64,000 nucleotides of DNA from Asterias rubens. Lineage: Eukaryota. A program made the position numbers and the translations under genes. The DNA lies in contig NC_047068.1 of assembly GCF_902459465.1 (NCBI RefSeq), positions 8,990,001-9,054,000 on the forward strand. Direction: 5' to 3'. The notes under the pieces are model-generated. The model had not been told where the DNA came from. It ran no database searches and saw nothing but the letters and a program-made list of their open reading frames with translations. Shown here piece by piece: positions 13,191-26,790 of this stretch (position 1 is its first letter; every line of letters begins with the position of its first letter).

Positions 13191-13919
13191 TTATAGTTCA
13201 AAGTAGACACAACCCTCAATATCCTTGGAGTCGGTTTGATCGTCCTCAAGAATGGTGACGTTGTTGAGTTGACACTTCTTCTCGTTCTCGCTGCTCTGCC
13301 GAACATTAAAGGAGCGGCATCGAGGATCTGATGTACACGCCCAGCCACAAGCAACCACACCCTCTACGGCCAGGTTGTCGATGACGTGTTTGATGGGGCA
13401 GTATTGAGAGACACGCCCATTGTGATCAATCAGGGTGTGGTAAACTGGCACGGTAGGGACCGGCATCTCACATACGGCTTCTTTATAAAATGTGGTATCG
13501 ACATATTTGCAACTTACGTCATCAGACCAAGCTCCACCTTTGAATATAGTCATTCGGGCACAGTTCAACCCTGCGTCGCTGTGAGGCTGGTTCGGATACC
13601 AGTTGGTGAATTTTGCAGGCTGACCTCCACACAGCCAAACTCCTTCTTGAGCAGCATCTGTGCAGCCGATCCATAGACCTCCCTGTCCTTTCACTGCCCA
13701 CTCGAAGATGAAGTCGTTTTCTTCTTTTGACTCAGGCACTATGAGGTTGCTCCCTGGTCGCTTGCATGCCATCTCGGCTTGCATCCAGTTCATCTTCTCA
13801 GGGAGTAAGATGTAGCAAGACTGACGCCATTTTACCCAGCCAGTTGGACAAGAGGAGTGGACGATAACAATGCTTTGCATTGTCATCAATATAAAGAGAT
13901 GAAACAGAATGAAATTCAT
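13191..13919 (-). CDS. L3: secreted C-type lectin + PAN/Apple domain protein, cassette A
   Basis: Intact ORF, 242 aa from the ATG at 13919 (the track starts at an upstream TTG). Hydrophobic leader, CTLD motifs (CPTGW, SCY, AEMAC, WIG, NCARM, WSD, AVCE), and a six-Cys PAN-like C-terminus (C..CGWAC.....CRSFN..C.LN..GCVY). Confidence 0.9.
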   Translation of the reverse strand: MNFILFHLFILMTMQSIVIVHSSCPTGWVKWRQSCYILLPEKMNWMQAEMACKRPGSNLIVPESKEENDFIFEWAVKGQGGLWIGCTDAAQEGVWLCGGQPAKFTNWYPNQPHSDAGLNCARMTIFKGGAWSDDVSCKYVDTTFYKEAVCEMPVPTVPVYHTLIDHNGRVSQYCPIKHVIDNLAVEGVVACGWACTSDPRCRSFNVRQSSENEKKCQLNNVTILEDDQTDSKDIEGCVYFEL

Positions 13920-14199
13920 TTTTTGAAGAAAACACAACAACTATGGTTTCCATGTGTCACTCTAAACACAGTTTTCCACAAGTGTCATCAAAATACCATA
14001 GGTTACCACACCATGTAAAACGACACGTACCCGTCGCACGAGTGACAAGCACAGTTGTGTTACATATTTACCTTCATGCTTGAACAATAATTTTGGAGAG
14101 AGCACAATGGTGATACACTTCGAACTGCTGGTGCGTAAGTAAATTTTGCAAATTAGCTGGCTACAGCCAAACGGTTGGGATGGCAACCAGAAAACACAC

Positions 14200-15013
14200 A
14201 ATAATAATAATAATAATAATAATATCGAAATCGTATATATTGCACGTATCTACCAAACAAGGTACTCAATGCGCCGAGTATTTTTTTATACAAACTTTCA
14301 GAAAGATAGGTTTATTGCAGTGATGAATTTTGAAACCTAATTAGTTAGCGCCTTATCAGAGTTTACAATGTGCTGTGGCGCATACAGCAGCCACAGCCAG
14401 GAACATCGGGGCGCACCCCTTCTCTTTTCGATACGTGCACTGGGTTCTTTTACATGCGTTTACACAACACATGGGACCAACAGTTTTACGTCCCATCCGA
14501 AGGACGAAGCAATGGTTAAGTGTCTTGCTTAAAGACACTGGACACTAATGGCGATTGTCAAAGACTAGTCTTCTCACTTGTTGTATCTCAACGTATGCAT
14601 TAAATAACGAACCAGTGAAAATTTGAGCTCAATCGGTCGTCGAAGTTGCGAGATAATAATGAAAGAAAAAAACACCCTTGTCACACGAAGTTGTGTGCGT
14701 TCAGATGCTTGATTTTGAGACCTCAAATTCTAAACCTGAGGTCTCGTAATCAAATTCGTGGAAAATTACTTCTTTCTCAAAAACTACTCCACTTCAGCCG
14801 TTTCTCACAATGTTTTATTCTACCAACCTCTCCCCATTGCTCGTTACCAAGTAAGGTTTTATGATAATAATTATTTTGAGTAATGACCAATAGTGTCCAC
14901 TGCCTTTAAAGGAAACAATTGTCACGGCTTGGGATTCGAACCCACACTCTGCTGATCAGTAACACCAGAGTTTGAATTCGGTGCTCTTAACCGCTCGGCC
15001 ACGACACTTCCAC
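14200..15013 (-). mobile_element. SINE with nested TTAA MITE (14533-14905)
   Basis: Third copy of the nested SINE::MITE, duplicated with the roughly 2.4-kb lectin unit. Confidence 0.8.
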
Positions 15014-15581
15014 AATAGTGTTACCGATGTTTTAAAGAGCCTGTCAAGAGACAATAGGAGCACACCGAGATCCTGGGAGTATTGTAATTATTATATATTA
15101 TTCTGATCCGATTTATCCAGGGCAGAATTATCCCAGTTCACACCGGTCGAACGGAGAGTGGGCGGGGTGGGGGGGGGGGGGGGTTCAGCCGATGGGTGTC
15201 TTCCTTTGAAAATGTTGATTTATAATGTCTCTTACACATGCACTTAATGCTTCAGTTAGTCTATTGTTCTGTTTTAAACTGCCAAAGTTTGTTTTAAACT
15301 GTCTCGGAGTAAACGCACTATTGAAGGTGTTCCCTTACGGTTCATGCCGGTCATTGCCAGTGGTTAGACTGCATTGAAGAACAAAACAGATTGGTGTGAA
15401 TTGAAATACTCATACAAGTAAAAAGTGAAAGTTCAGCTGAATACAGTGCTGCCTAAACTTGCTGCTAGATCAGGAAATAACTGTCATGGCGATTTCACAG
15501 GAACGTGGAATACATCCACGATGAGTAAGTTGACAGCGGGTACATCGTACGTCTGGCCACATCAATCGCTAACGGACATCG

Positions 15582-16316
15582 TTACAGTTCAAAGTAGACA
15601 CAACCCTCAATATCCTTGGTGTCGGTTTGATCGTCCTCAAGAATGATGACGTTGTTGAGTTGACGCTTCATCTCGTTCTCGCTGCTGTGCCAAACATTAA
15701 AGGAGCGGCAACGAGGATCTGATGTACACGCCCAGCCACAAGCAATCACACCCTCTACGGCCAGGTTGTCGATGACGTGATTGAGGGGCCAGTATTGAGA
15801 GACACGCCCATTGTGATCAATTAGGGTGTGGTAGACTGGCACGGTAGGGACCGGCATCTCACATACGGCTGCTTTAGATGCGGTGCTATTGCATTTTATG
15901 GTATCAGCCCAAAGTCCATCTTGATATCGCGTCATTCGGGCACAGTTCAACCCTGCGTCGCTGTGAGGATTGTTCGGATACCAGTTGGTAAACTTTGCAG
16001 GCTGACCTCCACACAGCCAAACTCCTTCTTGAGCAGCATCTGTGCAGCCGATCCACAAACCTCCATTTGCTACTGCTACCCACCTGAGGATGAAGTCGTT
16101 TTCTTCTCTTGAATAAGGTACTACGAGGTTGCTCCCTGGTCGCTTGCATATCGCCTCAGCTTGCATCCAGTTCATCTTCTCAGGTAGTAAGATGTAGCAA
16201 GACTGACGCCATTTTACCCAGGCAGTTGGACAAGAGGAGAGGACGATAATAATGCTTTGCAATGTCATCAATATCAAGAGATGGAACAGAATGGTATTCA
16301 TGCTTTGAAGAAACAT
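15582..16316 (-). CDS. L4: CTLD-PAN lectin with a hybrid A/B-like cassette; two PAN cysteines lost
   Basis: Intact ORF; the probable start MFLQSMN is at 16316, with in-frame upstream ATGs. YCP becomes YWP and KCQ becomes KRQ. Confidence 0.85.
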   Translation of the reverse strand: MFLQSMNTILFHLLILMTLQSIIIVLSSCPTAWVKWRQSCYILLPEKMNWMQAEAICKRPGSNLVVPYSREENDFILRWVAVANGGLWIGCTDAAQEGVWLCGGQPAKFTNWYPNNPHSDAGLNCARMTRYQDGLWADTIKCNSTASKAAVCEMPVPTVPVYHTLIDHNGRVSQYWPLNHVIDNLAVEGVIACGWACTSDPRCRSFNVWHSSENEMKRQLNNVIILEDDQTDTKDIEGCVYFEL

Positions 16317-17669
16317 TGTAATCACACGCCACAGTAACTCTGGTTTCATTTGAAACATAAACTGACACACAACTGTCTTTCACCAATCATGGATTGAACA
16401 TGCAATCAACAGTGGATACACCACAAGTATACAGCCGAGAGTGTGTGTCCTATCGTCATCTTCACCGATATCAACCGCTTCTGTCAAATCATCTAAAATT
16501 AATAACTGTTTTTGTTTTAAGTGCTCTAAGTGTCTCTTACAAGTTCACTAAATAATGAGCCTAATGGATTCGAAGCCAGCGAAAACAAGGGACCCGATGG
16601 AGGTAGACGATCAAATAATTACACTAAGAATAATTTATTCGATTTCTGAAAAAGGATGATTATACAAATAATGGATGCATATGCATTAGAGATTATCGCA
16701 GCATTATATAATCCCAAGGTAGATATTGTCTTCTTTGTTTCATAAATAAATAAGGGAATAAAAGGGTAGCGACGAGTTCTTATACACTACCGTTTAAAAC
16801 CGGCTGGGTCGTGGCCGTGCGATAAAGGCTCGAGCCGAAGGTTTTAAACTACAAGGTTTTAAACGACAAGGTTAAACGGCAGTTTAAGAACGAGTCACTG
16901 CTCTTCTATACCCATGCATAATTGCCTTTTTGGTTAACAGGAGTAATGAAGTAAAAAACAAAATTGACTCCCATAAATGGCCGACCATGTTAGTCGACGA
17001 GGTAAACAGAAAAACTGTGCAATTTCGAGGCATGTTTATGCGGATCATTGTATTCTACTTTTACAGCATCTTTCCATCTATGCGCATTTATTAACAAACG
17101 GTTACAAACGCTTTTCAAAGATCAACTCGATCTATCCGAGGCAACGTGTTCCTTTAAATGCAAAAGAGTGAAAAACAAAACACTCAATGAAGAACAACAG
17201 TGGTTAAGAACTCATCAATTAACAGTCGCAACAACAGTCAGGCGGTTGCAATACTAATGGAAATATCCAGCAACACACCGAGAACATTGATTCACTTTCT
17301 ACATGATAGTGTTTTTTGTTGTCAACGCAACTTGTAGGTTAAGTTACAAGGAAAGAGATATTACAGTCACAAGTGAAAAGTTAAGCTGTGAACGTTATTA
17401 TACTTATTGAGATATCAGGAAGATATCATAAAGATGTTGAATAAAGAAAGTTAGCCTGCACGGTCTCAAAAAGTCGTGCTGTTCAAGAAAACCAATTCAC
17501 GCGACTTGTGCTATAGACATAAAACAATCCCCCAAAATACAGCACAAAAAGATACTAACCTTTCTCTAATATCAAGAATAATTGTCAGTGAATGAAAATG
17601 AAATGCTTTCATAAGAATCACCTGCTTAGCACATGGAAATCTTGCTTAATAGTAAAAACAGTTCACGAA

Positions 17670-18048
17670 AGACAGTGGATACTATTGGCAATTACTCAAA
17701 ATAATTATTAGCATAAAACCTAACTTGGTAATGAGTTATGGGGAGAGGTTGACAGTGTAAAACATTGTGAGAAACGGCTCCCTCTGAAGTGATGTAGTTT
17801 TCGAGAAGGAAGTAATTCTCTACGAATTTGATTTCGAGGCCTCCAGTTTAGAATTTTGAGGTCTTGAAATCAAGCACCTGAAAGCACACAACTTCGTGTG
17901 ACCAGGGTGTTTTTTCTTTGATTAATATCTCGCAACTTCGATGACCAATTGAGCTAAAATGTTCACAGGTTGGTTATTTTATGCATATGTTGAGATACAT
18001 CAAGTGAGAAGACTTGTCATTGACAATTACCAATAGTGTCCAGCGTCT
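17670..18048. mobile_element. TTAA MITE (AGACAGTGG family), opposite orientation
   Basis: Same TIR family as 6403-6690. Other copies or fragments at about 10090-10440, 21050-21325, 25790-26065, 28985-29265, 37765-38130, 38221-38598, 40428-40780, 42353-42705, 60120-60498 and 61955-62340. Confidence 0.75.
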
Positions 18049-18052
18049 TTAA

Positions 18053-18413
18053 AGGGTCTATGTACTTTTTGTAGGACAAAAAACACAATGTCCACAGATT
18101 TACATTAAACTTACACCGTTTGAAGATAATGATAGTAGAAAGCTTCTCGAAAAATATAACTTGCCTCGGTGCTGTAGTTTTTGAGAAATGAGTAAAAGAA
18201 TTCAAGAAAATAAGTTTCGTCTCAGTGATCATGAGACGAAAATTATTTTAGCATGTAAAAACGTAATTTCATGACATTGTTTTACTCATTTCTCAACAAC
18301 TACAACACCTCAGCAAGTAATATTTTCAGGAAAGCTTTCTACTATCATTATCATCAAACGGTGTAAGTTTAATGTAAATCTGTGGACATTGTGTTTTGTG
18401 TTACAAAAAGTAC
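18053..18413. mobile_element. Long-TIR foldback MITE sharing a TTAA with the preceding MITE
   Basis: Arms of about 150 bp (CAAAAAACACAATGTCCACAGATTTACATTAAACTTACACCGTTTGA... and its reverse complement). Begins TTAA|AGG. Repeated at about 21330-21670 and 26065-26410. Confidence 0.7.
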
Positions 18414-18853
18414 CCAAACAGCCAATATTCCATAAAGTTTTCATTATTGCGATTGTCGTTTTGTCCTAAGCAAAACAATGTTTCAAGCTTTTTTCTGCTA
18501 AACAGCTTTGTAAAAAACTGTGCAATACCGATCATATTTGCTGATATCCGATTCATCCAGAGCAGGATTGTTCCAGTTCACAAGGATCGACCGGGTGGTA
18601 TTCAGCCAATGGGACCTTCATTAATTTGAAGATGTTTGTCTCATAAAATTGATTCATACGTCTCTTACATTAACATAATGCTTCGGTTAGTCTGGATTTA
18701 CTTTTAAACCGTCAATTTTGTTTAGAACTGCCGCAATCGAACGCACTACTGTGAATGAGTGTCAGTTCATGTCAGTCTTTGGCGGTGATTAGACTGCATC
18801 AAACAACAACAAAGCAGAAGTTTCCAAAATATATGATTTGCTGATTTAAATAC

Positions 18854-19588
18854 TCAAAGGTTAAAGTAGACACAACCCTCGACGTCATGGGAATCGGTCT
18901 GATCATTCTCAAGACGAGTGACGTCATTGAGCTGAGATTTCTTCTCTTTCTCGCTTCTCTGCCAAACATTAAAGGAGCGGCATTGAGGATCTGATGTACA
19001 CGCCCAGCCACAAGCAATCACACCCTCTACGGCCAGGTTGTCGATGACGTGATTGAGGGGGCAGTATTGATAGACACGCCCATCGGGACCTAGCAGGGTG
19101 TGGTAGATTGGCACAGTAGGGGCCGGCATCTCACATGCAGCAAATTTATGGATGCCATTCTTGCAACTTATGTTATCAGACCAAACTCCAGGTGCTTGAA
19201 CTGTCATTCGGGCACAGTTCAAGTTCATGTCGTTTCTTGGGTTGTCGTTTTTCCAATTTGTGAATCTTGCAGGCTGACCTCCGCACAGCCAAACTCCTTC
19301 TTGAGCAGCATCTGTGCAGCCGATCCACAGACCTCCCTTCCCTTTCACTGCCCACTCGAAGATGAAGTCGTTTTCTTCTTTTGACTCAGGCACTATGAGG
19401 TTGCTCCCTGGTCGCTTGCATATCGCCTCGGCTTGCACCCAGTTCATCTTCTCAGGTAGTAAGATGTAGCAAGACTGACGCCATTTTACCCAGCCAGTTG
19501 GACAAGAGGAGAGGACGATAACAATGCTTTGCATTGTCATCAATATCAAGAGATGGAACAGAATGGAGTTCATGCTTTGAAGAAACAT
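18854..19588 (-). CDS. L5: CTLD-PAN lectin, cassette C
   Basis: Intact ORF from the probable ATG at 19588. WKNDNPRNDMNLNCARMTVQAPGVWSDNISC cassette. PAN Cys5 is replaced by Ser. Confidence 0.9.
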   Translation of the reverse strand: MFLQSMNSILFHLLILMTMQSIVIVLSSCPTGWVKWRQSCYILLPEKMNWVQAEAICKRPGSNLIVPESKEENDFIFEWAVKGKGGLWIGCTDAAQEGVWLCGGQPARFTNWKNDNPRNDMNLNCARMTVQAPGVWSDNISCKNGIHKFAACEMPAPTVPIYHTLLGPDGRVYQYCPLNHVIDNLAVEGVIACGWACTSDPQCRSFNVWQRSEKEKKSQLNDVTRLENDQTDSHDVEGCVYFNL

Positions 19589-22053
19589 TGTAATCACACG
19601 CCACAGTAACTCTGGTTTCATTTGAAACATAAACTGACACATCTGTCTTTCACCAATCATGGATTGAACATGCAATCAACAGTGGATACACCACAATTAT
19701 ACAGCCGATAGTGTGTGTCCTATCGTCACCTTCACCGATTTCAACCGCTTCTGTCAAATCATCTAAAATTAATAACTGTTTTTGTTTTAAGTGCTCTGAG
19801 TGTCTCTTACAAGTTTACTAAAATAATGAGCCGAATGGATTCGAAGCCAGAAAGCATAATTTATTCAATTTTTGAAAAAGGATGACTATACAAATAATGG
19901 ATGCATCTGCATTAGAGAATTATCGCAGCAATATATAATCCTAAGGTAGATATTGTTTTCTTTGTTTCATAAATAAATAAGGGAATACAAGGGTAGCGAC
20001 GAGTTCTGACACTACCGTTTAAACCGGCAGGGTCGTGGCCGTGCGATGAAGGCTCGAGCCGAAGGTTTTAAACTACAAGGTTTTAAACGACAAGGTTTAA
20101 CGGCAGTTTAAGAACGAGTCACTGCTCTTCTATTCCCATGCATAAATGCCTTTTTGGTTATAAAGGGGTAATGAAGTAAAACAAAAAATGTACTCCCATA
20201 AATGGCCGACCATGTTAGTCTACGAGGTAAAAAGAAAACTGTGCAATTTCGAGGCATGTTTATGTGGATCATTGTATTCTACTTTTACAGCATCTTTCCA
20301 ACCATGTGCATTTATTAACAAACGGTTACAAACGCGTTTCAAAGATCAACTCGACCGAAACGAGGCAACGTGTTCCTTTAAATGCAAAAGAGTGAAAAAC
20401 AAAACACTCAATGAAGAACAACAGTGTTTAAGCACTCATCAATTAACAGTCGCAACAACAGTCAGGCGGTTGCAATACTAATGGGAATATTCAGCAACAC
20501 ACCGAGAACATTGATTCACTTTCTACATGATAGTTTTTTTTGTTGTCAACGCAACTTGTAGGTTAAGTTACAAGGAAAGAGATATTACAGTCACAAGTGA
20601 AAAGTTAAGGTGTGAACGTTATTATACTTATTGAGATATCAGGAAGATATCATAAAGATATTGAATAAAGAAAGTAAGCCTGGTCTCAAAAAGTCGTGCT
20701 GTTCATTGGCCTCCCTTTGTCTGAGATCCTGACGTAAATACGAGACAACACACATGAAAGTGAGTCTGGTGCTTTTTTGTACATTCATTCTCTATAATAA
20801 ACTGCGTGGTTTTGTTTTCATTACACGTCAAAGCAATGTAGGTTGAAACCCAATGTTAAAAAGAAAACCAATTCTCGCGACTCGTGCTATAGACATGTAA
20901 AATCCCCCTGAAATACAGTACAAAAAGATACTAACCTTTCTCTAATATCAAGAATCATTGTCAGTGAATGAAAATGAAATGCTTTCATAAGAATCACCTG
21001 CTTAGCACATGGAAATCTTGCTTAATAGTAAAAACAGGTCACGGTGAAGAACGGCTCCCTCTGAAGTGATATAGTTTTCGAGAAAGAAGTAATTCTCTAC
21101 GAATTTGATTTCGAGACCTCAAATGCAGAACTTGAGGTTTTGAAATCAAGCACCTGAAAGCACACAACTTCGTGTGACCAGGGTGTTTTTTCTTTGATTA
21201 ATATCTCGCAACTTCGATGACCAATTGAGCTCAAATTTTCACAGGTTGGTTATTTTATGCATATGTTGAGATACATCAGGTGAGAAGACTTGTCGTTGAC
21301 AATTACCAATAGTGTCCAGCGTCTTTAAAGGACAAAAAACACAATGTCCACAGATTTACATTAAACTTACACCGTTTGAAGATAATGATAGTAGAAAGCT
21401 TCTCGAAAAATATAACTTGCCTCGGTGCTGTAGTTTTTGAGAAATGAGTAAAAAATTTCAAGAAAATAAGTTTCGTCTCAGTGATCATGAGACGAAAATT
21501 ATTTTAGCATGTAAAAACGTATTTTCATGACATTGTTTTACTCATTTCTCAAAACCTACAGCACCTCAGCAAGTAATATTTTCAGGAAAGCTTTCTACTA
21601 TCATTATCATCAAACGGTGTAAGTTTAATGTAAATCTGTGGACATTGTGTTTTGTGTTACAAAAAGTACCCAAACAGCCAATATTCCATAAAGTTTTCAT
21701 TATTGCGACTGGTGCTCCACTCGTTTTGTCCTAAGCAAAACAATGTTCCAAGTTTTTTTTCTGCTAAACAGCTTTATAAAAAACTGTGCAATACTGATCA
21801 CATTTGCTGATCCGATTCATTAATTTGAAGATGTTTGTCTCATAAAATTGATTCATTACGTCTCTTACATTAACATAATGCTTCGGTTAGTCTGGATTTA
21901 CTTTTAAACCGTCAATTTTGTTTAGAACTGCCGCAATCGAACGCACTACTGTGAATGAGTGTCAGTTCATGTCAGTCTTTGGCGGTGACTAGACTGCATC
22001 AAACAACAACAAAGCAGAAGTTTCCAAAAGATATGATTTGCTGATTTAAATAC

Positions 22054-22782
22054 TCAAAGGTTAAAGTAGACACAACCTTCGACGTCATGGGAATCGGTCT
22101 GATCATTCTCAAGACGAGTGACGTCATTGAGCTGACATTTCTTCTCTTTCTCGCTTCTCTGCCAAACATTAAAGGAGCAGCATCGAGGATCTGATGTACA
22201 CGCCCAGCCACAAGCAATCACACCCTCTACGGCCAGGTTGTCGATGACGTGATTGAGGGGGCAGTATTGAGAGACGCGCCCATCGGGACCTAGCAGGGTG
22301 TGGTAAACTGGCATGGTAGGGGCCGGCATCTCACATACGACTGCTTTAGTTGCGGTGCCATTGCATTTTAAGTTATCAGACCAAGGTCCATTTTTTATCA
22401 TTCGGGCACAGTTATAACGTGTGTCTTCCAACGTGAAGTCTGTTTTCCAGTTGGTAAATCTTGCAGGCTGACCTCCACACAACCAAACTCCTTCTTGAGC
22501 AGCATCTGTGCAGCCGATCCACATACCGCCATTCCCTTTCACTGCCCACTCGAAGATGAAGTCGTTTTCTTCTCTTGAATCAGGTACTACGAGGTTGCTC
22601 CCTGGTCGCTTGCATATCGCCTCGGCTTGCATCCAGTTCATCTTCTCAGGGAGTAAGATGTAGCAAGACTGACGCCATTTTACCCAGCCAGTTGGACAAG
22701 AGGAGAGGACGATAACAATGCTTTGCATTGTCATCAATATCAAGAGATGGAACAGAATGGAGTTCATGCTTTGAAGAAACAT
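22054..22782 (-). CDS. L6: CTLD-PAN lectin, cassette B
   Basis: Intact ORF from the probable ATG at 22782. WKTDFTLEDTRYNCARMIKNGPWSDNLKC cassette. Confidence 0.9.
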   Translation of the reverse strand: MFLQSMNSILFHLLILMTMQSIVIVLSSCPTGWVKWRQSCYILLPEKMNWMQAEAICKRPGSNLVVPDSREENDFIFEWAVKGNGGMWIGCTDAAQEGVWLCGGQPARFTNWKTDFTLEDTRYNCARMIKNGPWSDNLKCNGTATKAVVCEMPAPTMPVYHTLLGPDGRVSQYCPLNHVIDNLAVEGVIACGWACTSDPRCCSFNVWQRSEKEKKCQLNDVTRLENDQTDSHDVEGCVYFNL

Positions 22783-25700
22783 TGTAATCACACGCCACAG
22801 TAACTCTGGTTTCATTTGAAACATAAACTGACACATCTGTCTTTCACCAATCATGGATTGAACATGCAATCAACAGTGGATACACCACAAGTATACAGCC
22901 GATAGTGTGTGTCCTATCGTCACCTTCACCGATTTCAACCGCTTCTGTCAAATCATCTAAAATTAATAACTGTTTTTGTTTTAAGTGCTCTGAGTGTCTC
23001 TTACAAGTTTACTAAAATAATGAGCCTAATGGATTCGAAGCCAGAAAGCATAATTTATTCATTTTTTGAAAAAGGATGACTATTACAAATAATGGATGCA
23101 TCTGCATTAGAGAATTATCGCAGCAATATATAATCCTAAGGTAGATATTGTTTTCTTTGTTTCATAAATAAATAAGGGAATACAAGGGTAGCGACGAGTT
23201 CTTACACTACCGTTTAAACCGGCAGGGTCGTGGCCGTGCGATGAAGGCTCGAGCCGAAGGTTTTAAACTACAAGGTTTTAAACGACAAGGTTAAACGGCA
23301 GTTTAAGAACGAGTCACTGCTCTTCTATTCCCATGCATAAATGCCTTTTTGGTTAAAAGGAGTAATGAAGTAAAAAAAAAAATGTACTCCCATAAATGGC
23401 CGACCATGTTAGTCGACGAGGTAAAAAGAAAACTGTGCAATTTCGAGGCATGTTTATGTGGATCATTGTATTCTACTTTTACAGCATCTTTCCAACCATG
23501 TGCATTTATTAACAAACGGTTACAAACGCTTTTCAAAGATCAACTCGACCGATCCGAGGCAACGTGTTCCTTTAAATGCAAAAGAGTGAAAAACAAAACA
23601 CTCAATGTAGAACAACAGTGTTTAAGCACTCATCAATTAACAGTCGCAACAACAGCCAGGCGGTTGCAATACTAATGGGAATATTCAGCAACACACCGAG
23701 AACATTGATTCACTTTCTACATGATAGTGTTTTTTTGTTGTCAACGCAACTTGTAGGTTAAGTTACAAGGAAAGAGATTTTACAGTCACAAGTGAAAAGT
23801 TAAGGTGTGAACGTTATTATACTTATTGAGATATCAGGAAAATGTCATAAAGATATTGAATAAAGAAAGTAAGCCTGCACGGTCTCAAAAAGTCGTGCTG
23901 TTCATTGGCCTCCCTTTGTCTGAGATCCTGACGTAAATACGAGACAACACACATGAAAGTGAGTCTGGTGCTTTTTTGTACATTCATTCTCTATAATAAA
24001 CTGCGTGGTTTTGTTTTCATTACACGTCATAGCAATGTAGGTTGAAACCCAATGTTAAAAAGAAAACCAATTCACGCGACTCGTGCTATAGACATGTAAA
24101 ATCACCCTGAAATACAGTACAAAAAGATACTAACCTTTCTCTAATATCAAGAATCATTGTCAGTGAATGAAAATGAAATGCTTTCATAAGAATCACCTGC
24201 TTAGCACATGGAAATCTTGCTTAATAGTAAAAACAGGTCACGGTGAAGAACGGCTCCCCTTTGAAGTGATATAGTTTTCGAGAAAGAAGTAATTCTCTAC
24301 GAATTTGATTTCGAGACCTCAAGTTTAGAACTTATAAAACACTGTGCAATACTGATCACATTTGCTGATCCGATTCATCCAGAGCAGGATTGTTCCAGTT
24401 CACAAGGATCGACCGGGTGGTAATCAGCCAACAAAGGACCTACTGGGAAGCTTAAATCAAGCAGTGACTTATAAATATTCGGCCTCAATATTGCCATGAT
24501 GATTTGCAGTGTGACGTCAAATTGTTTATTATATTATTTGTTTAATTTGTTCTTAAAAATTTGTTGATATCATTTCCTAAACTAATTTGAAATAGAGGTT
24601 GTTGTTACCATGACATCCGTTTTTATATTTTACCTTGTTTCAATAAGGTACACATTAATAATAAAACTGCTATTTATAACTACAATTTTAAAGCAAAACA
24701 TAATGAACACATTTGTGTGGACTCTATTGTTATTTAGCTATCTGCTGCTGTTGCTTCAGCTGTTGTTGTAGTTGCTGTATATATATATAGGCATGGGTAT
24801 AATCCACATAGAAGCCTGGCTGATGGAGCAGTGTACTTCATTCCCGACCTCTTTAAAATTGCGTAGTTTTCCTTTTACTTTACGAACTAACAAGGTCGGC
24901 CATTTATGGGAGTCAAAATTTTGACTCCCATATATGGCCGACCATGTTAGTCGACGAGGTAAAAAGAAAACTGTGGAATTTCGAGGCATGTTTATGTGGA
25001 TCATTGTATTCTACTTTTACAGCATCTTTCCAACCATGTGCATTTATTAACAAACGGTTACAAACGCTTTTCAAAGATCAACTCGACCGATCCGAGGCAA
25101 CGTGTTCCTTTAAATGCAAAAGAGTGAAAAACAAAACACTCAATGAAGAACAACAGTGTTTAAGCACTCATCAATTAACAGTCGCAACAACAGTCAGGCG
25201 GTTGCAATACTAATGGGAATATCCAGCACCACACCGAGAACATTGATTCACTTTCTACATGATAGTGTTTTTTTGTTGTCAACGCAACTTGTAGGTTAAG
25301 TTACAAGGAAAGAGATATTACAGTCACAGGTGAAAAGTTAAGGTGTGAACGTTATTATACTTATTGAGATATCAGGAAGATATCATAAAGATATTGAATA
25401 AAGAAAGTAAGCCTGCACGGTCTCAAAAAGTCGTGCTGTTCATTGGCCTCCCTTTGTCTGAGATCCTGACGTAAATACGAGACAACACACATGAAAGTGA
25501 GTCTGGTGCTTTTTTGTACATTCATTCTCTATAATAAACTGCGTGGTTTTGTTTTCATTACACGTCAAAGCAATGTAGGTTGAAACCCAATGTTAAAAAG
25601 AAAACCAATTCTCGCGACTCGTGCTATAGACATGTAAAATCCCCCTGAAATACAGTACAAAAAGATACTAACCTTTCTCTAATATCAAGAATCATTGTCA

Positions 25701-26790
25701 GTGAATGAAAATGAAATGCTTTCATAAGAATCACCTGCTTAGCACATGGAAATCTTGCTTAATAGTAAAAACAGGTCACGGTGAAGAACGGCTCCCTCTG
25801 AAGTGATATAGTTTTCGAGAAAGAAGTAATTCTCTACGAATTTGATTTCGAGACCTCAAATGCAGAACTTGAGGTTTTGAAATCAAGCACCTGAAAGCAC
25901 ACAACTTCGTGTGACCAGGGTGTTTTTTCTTTGATTAATATCTCGCAACTTCGATGACCAATTGAGCTCAAATTTTCACAGGTTGGTTATTTTATGCATA
26001 TGTTGAGATACATCAGGTGAGAAGACTTGTCGTTGACAATTACCAATAGTGTCCAGCGTCTTTAAAGGACAAAAAACACAATGTCCACAGATTTACATTA
26101 AACTTACACCGTTTGAAGATAATGATAGTAGAAAGCTTCTCGAAAAATATAACTTGCCTCGGTGCTGTAGTTTTTGAGAAATGAGTAAAAAATTTCAAGA
26201 AAATAAGTTTCGTCTCAGTGATCATGAGACGAAAATTATTTTAGCATGTAAAAACGTATTTTCATGACATTGTTTTACTCATTTCTCAAAACCTACAGCA
26301 CCTCAGCAAGTAATATTTTCAGGAAAGCTTTCTACTATCATTATCATCAAACGGTGTAAGTTTAATGTAAATCTGTGGACATTGTGTTTTGTGTTACAAA
26401 AAGTACCCAAACAGCCAATATTCCATAAAGTTTTCATTATTGCGACTGGTGCTCCACTCGTTTTGTCCTAAGCAAAACAATGTTCCAAGTTTTTTTTCTG
26501 CTAAACAGCTTTATAAAAAACTGTGCAATACTGATCACATTTGCTGATCCGATTCATTAATTTGAAGATGTTTGTCTCATAAAATTGATTCATTACGTCT
26601 CTTACATTAACATAATGCTTCGGTTAGTCTGGATTTACTTTTAAACCGTCAATTTTGTTTAGAACTGCCGCAATCGAACGCACTACTGTGAATGAGTGTC
26701 AGTTCATGTCAGTCTTTGGCGGTGACTAGACTGCATCAAACAACAACAAAGCAGAAGTTTCCAAAAGATATGATTTGCTGATTTAAATAC

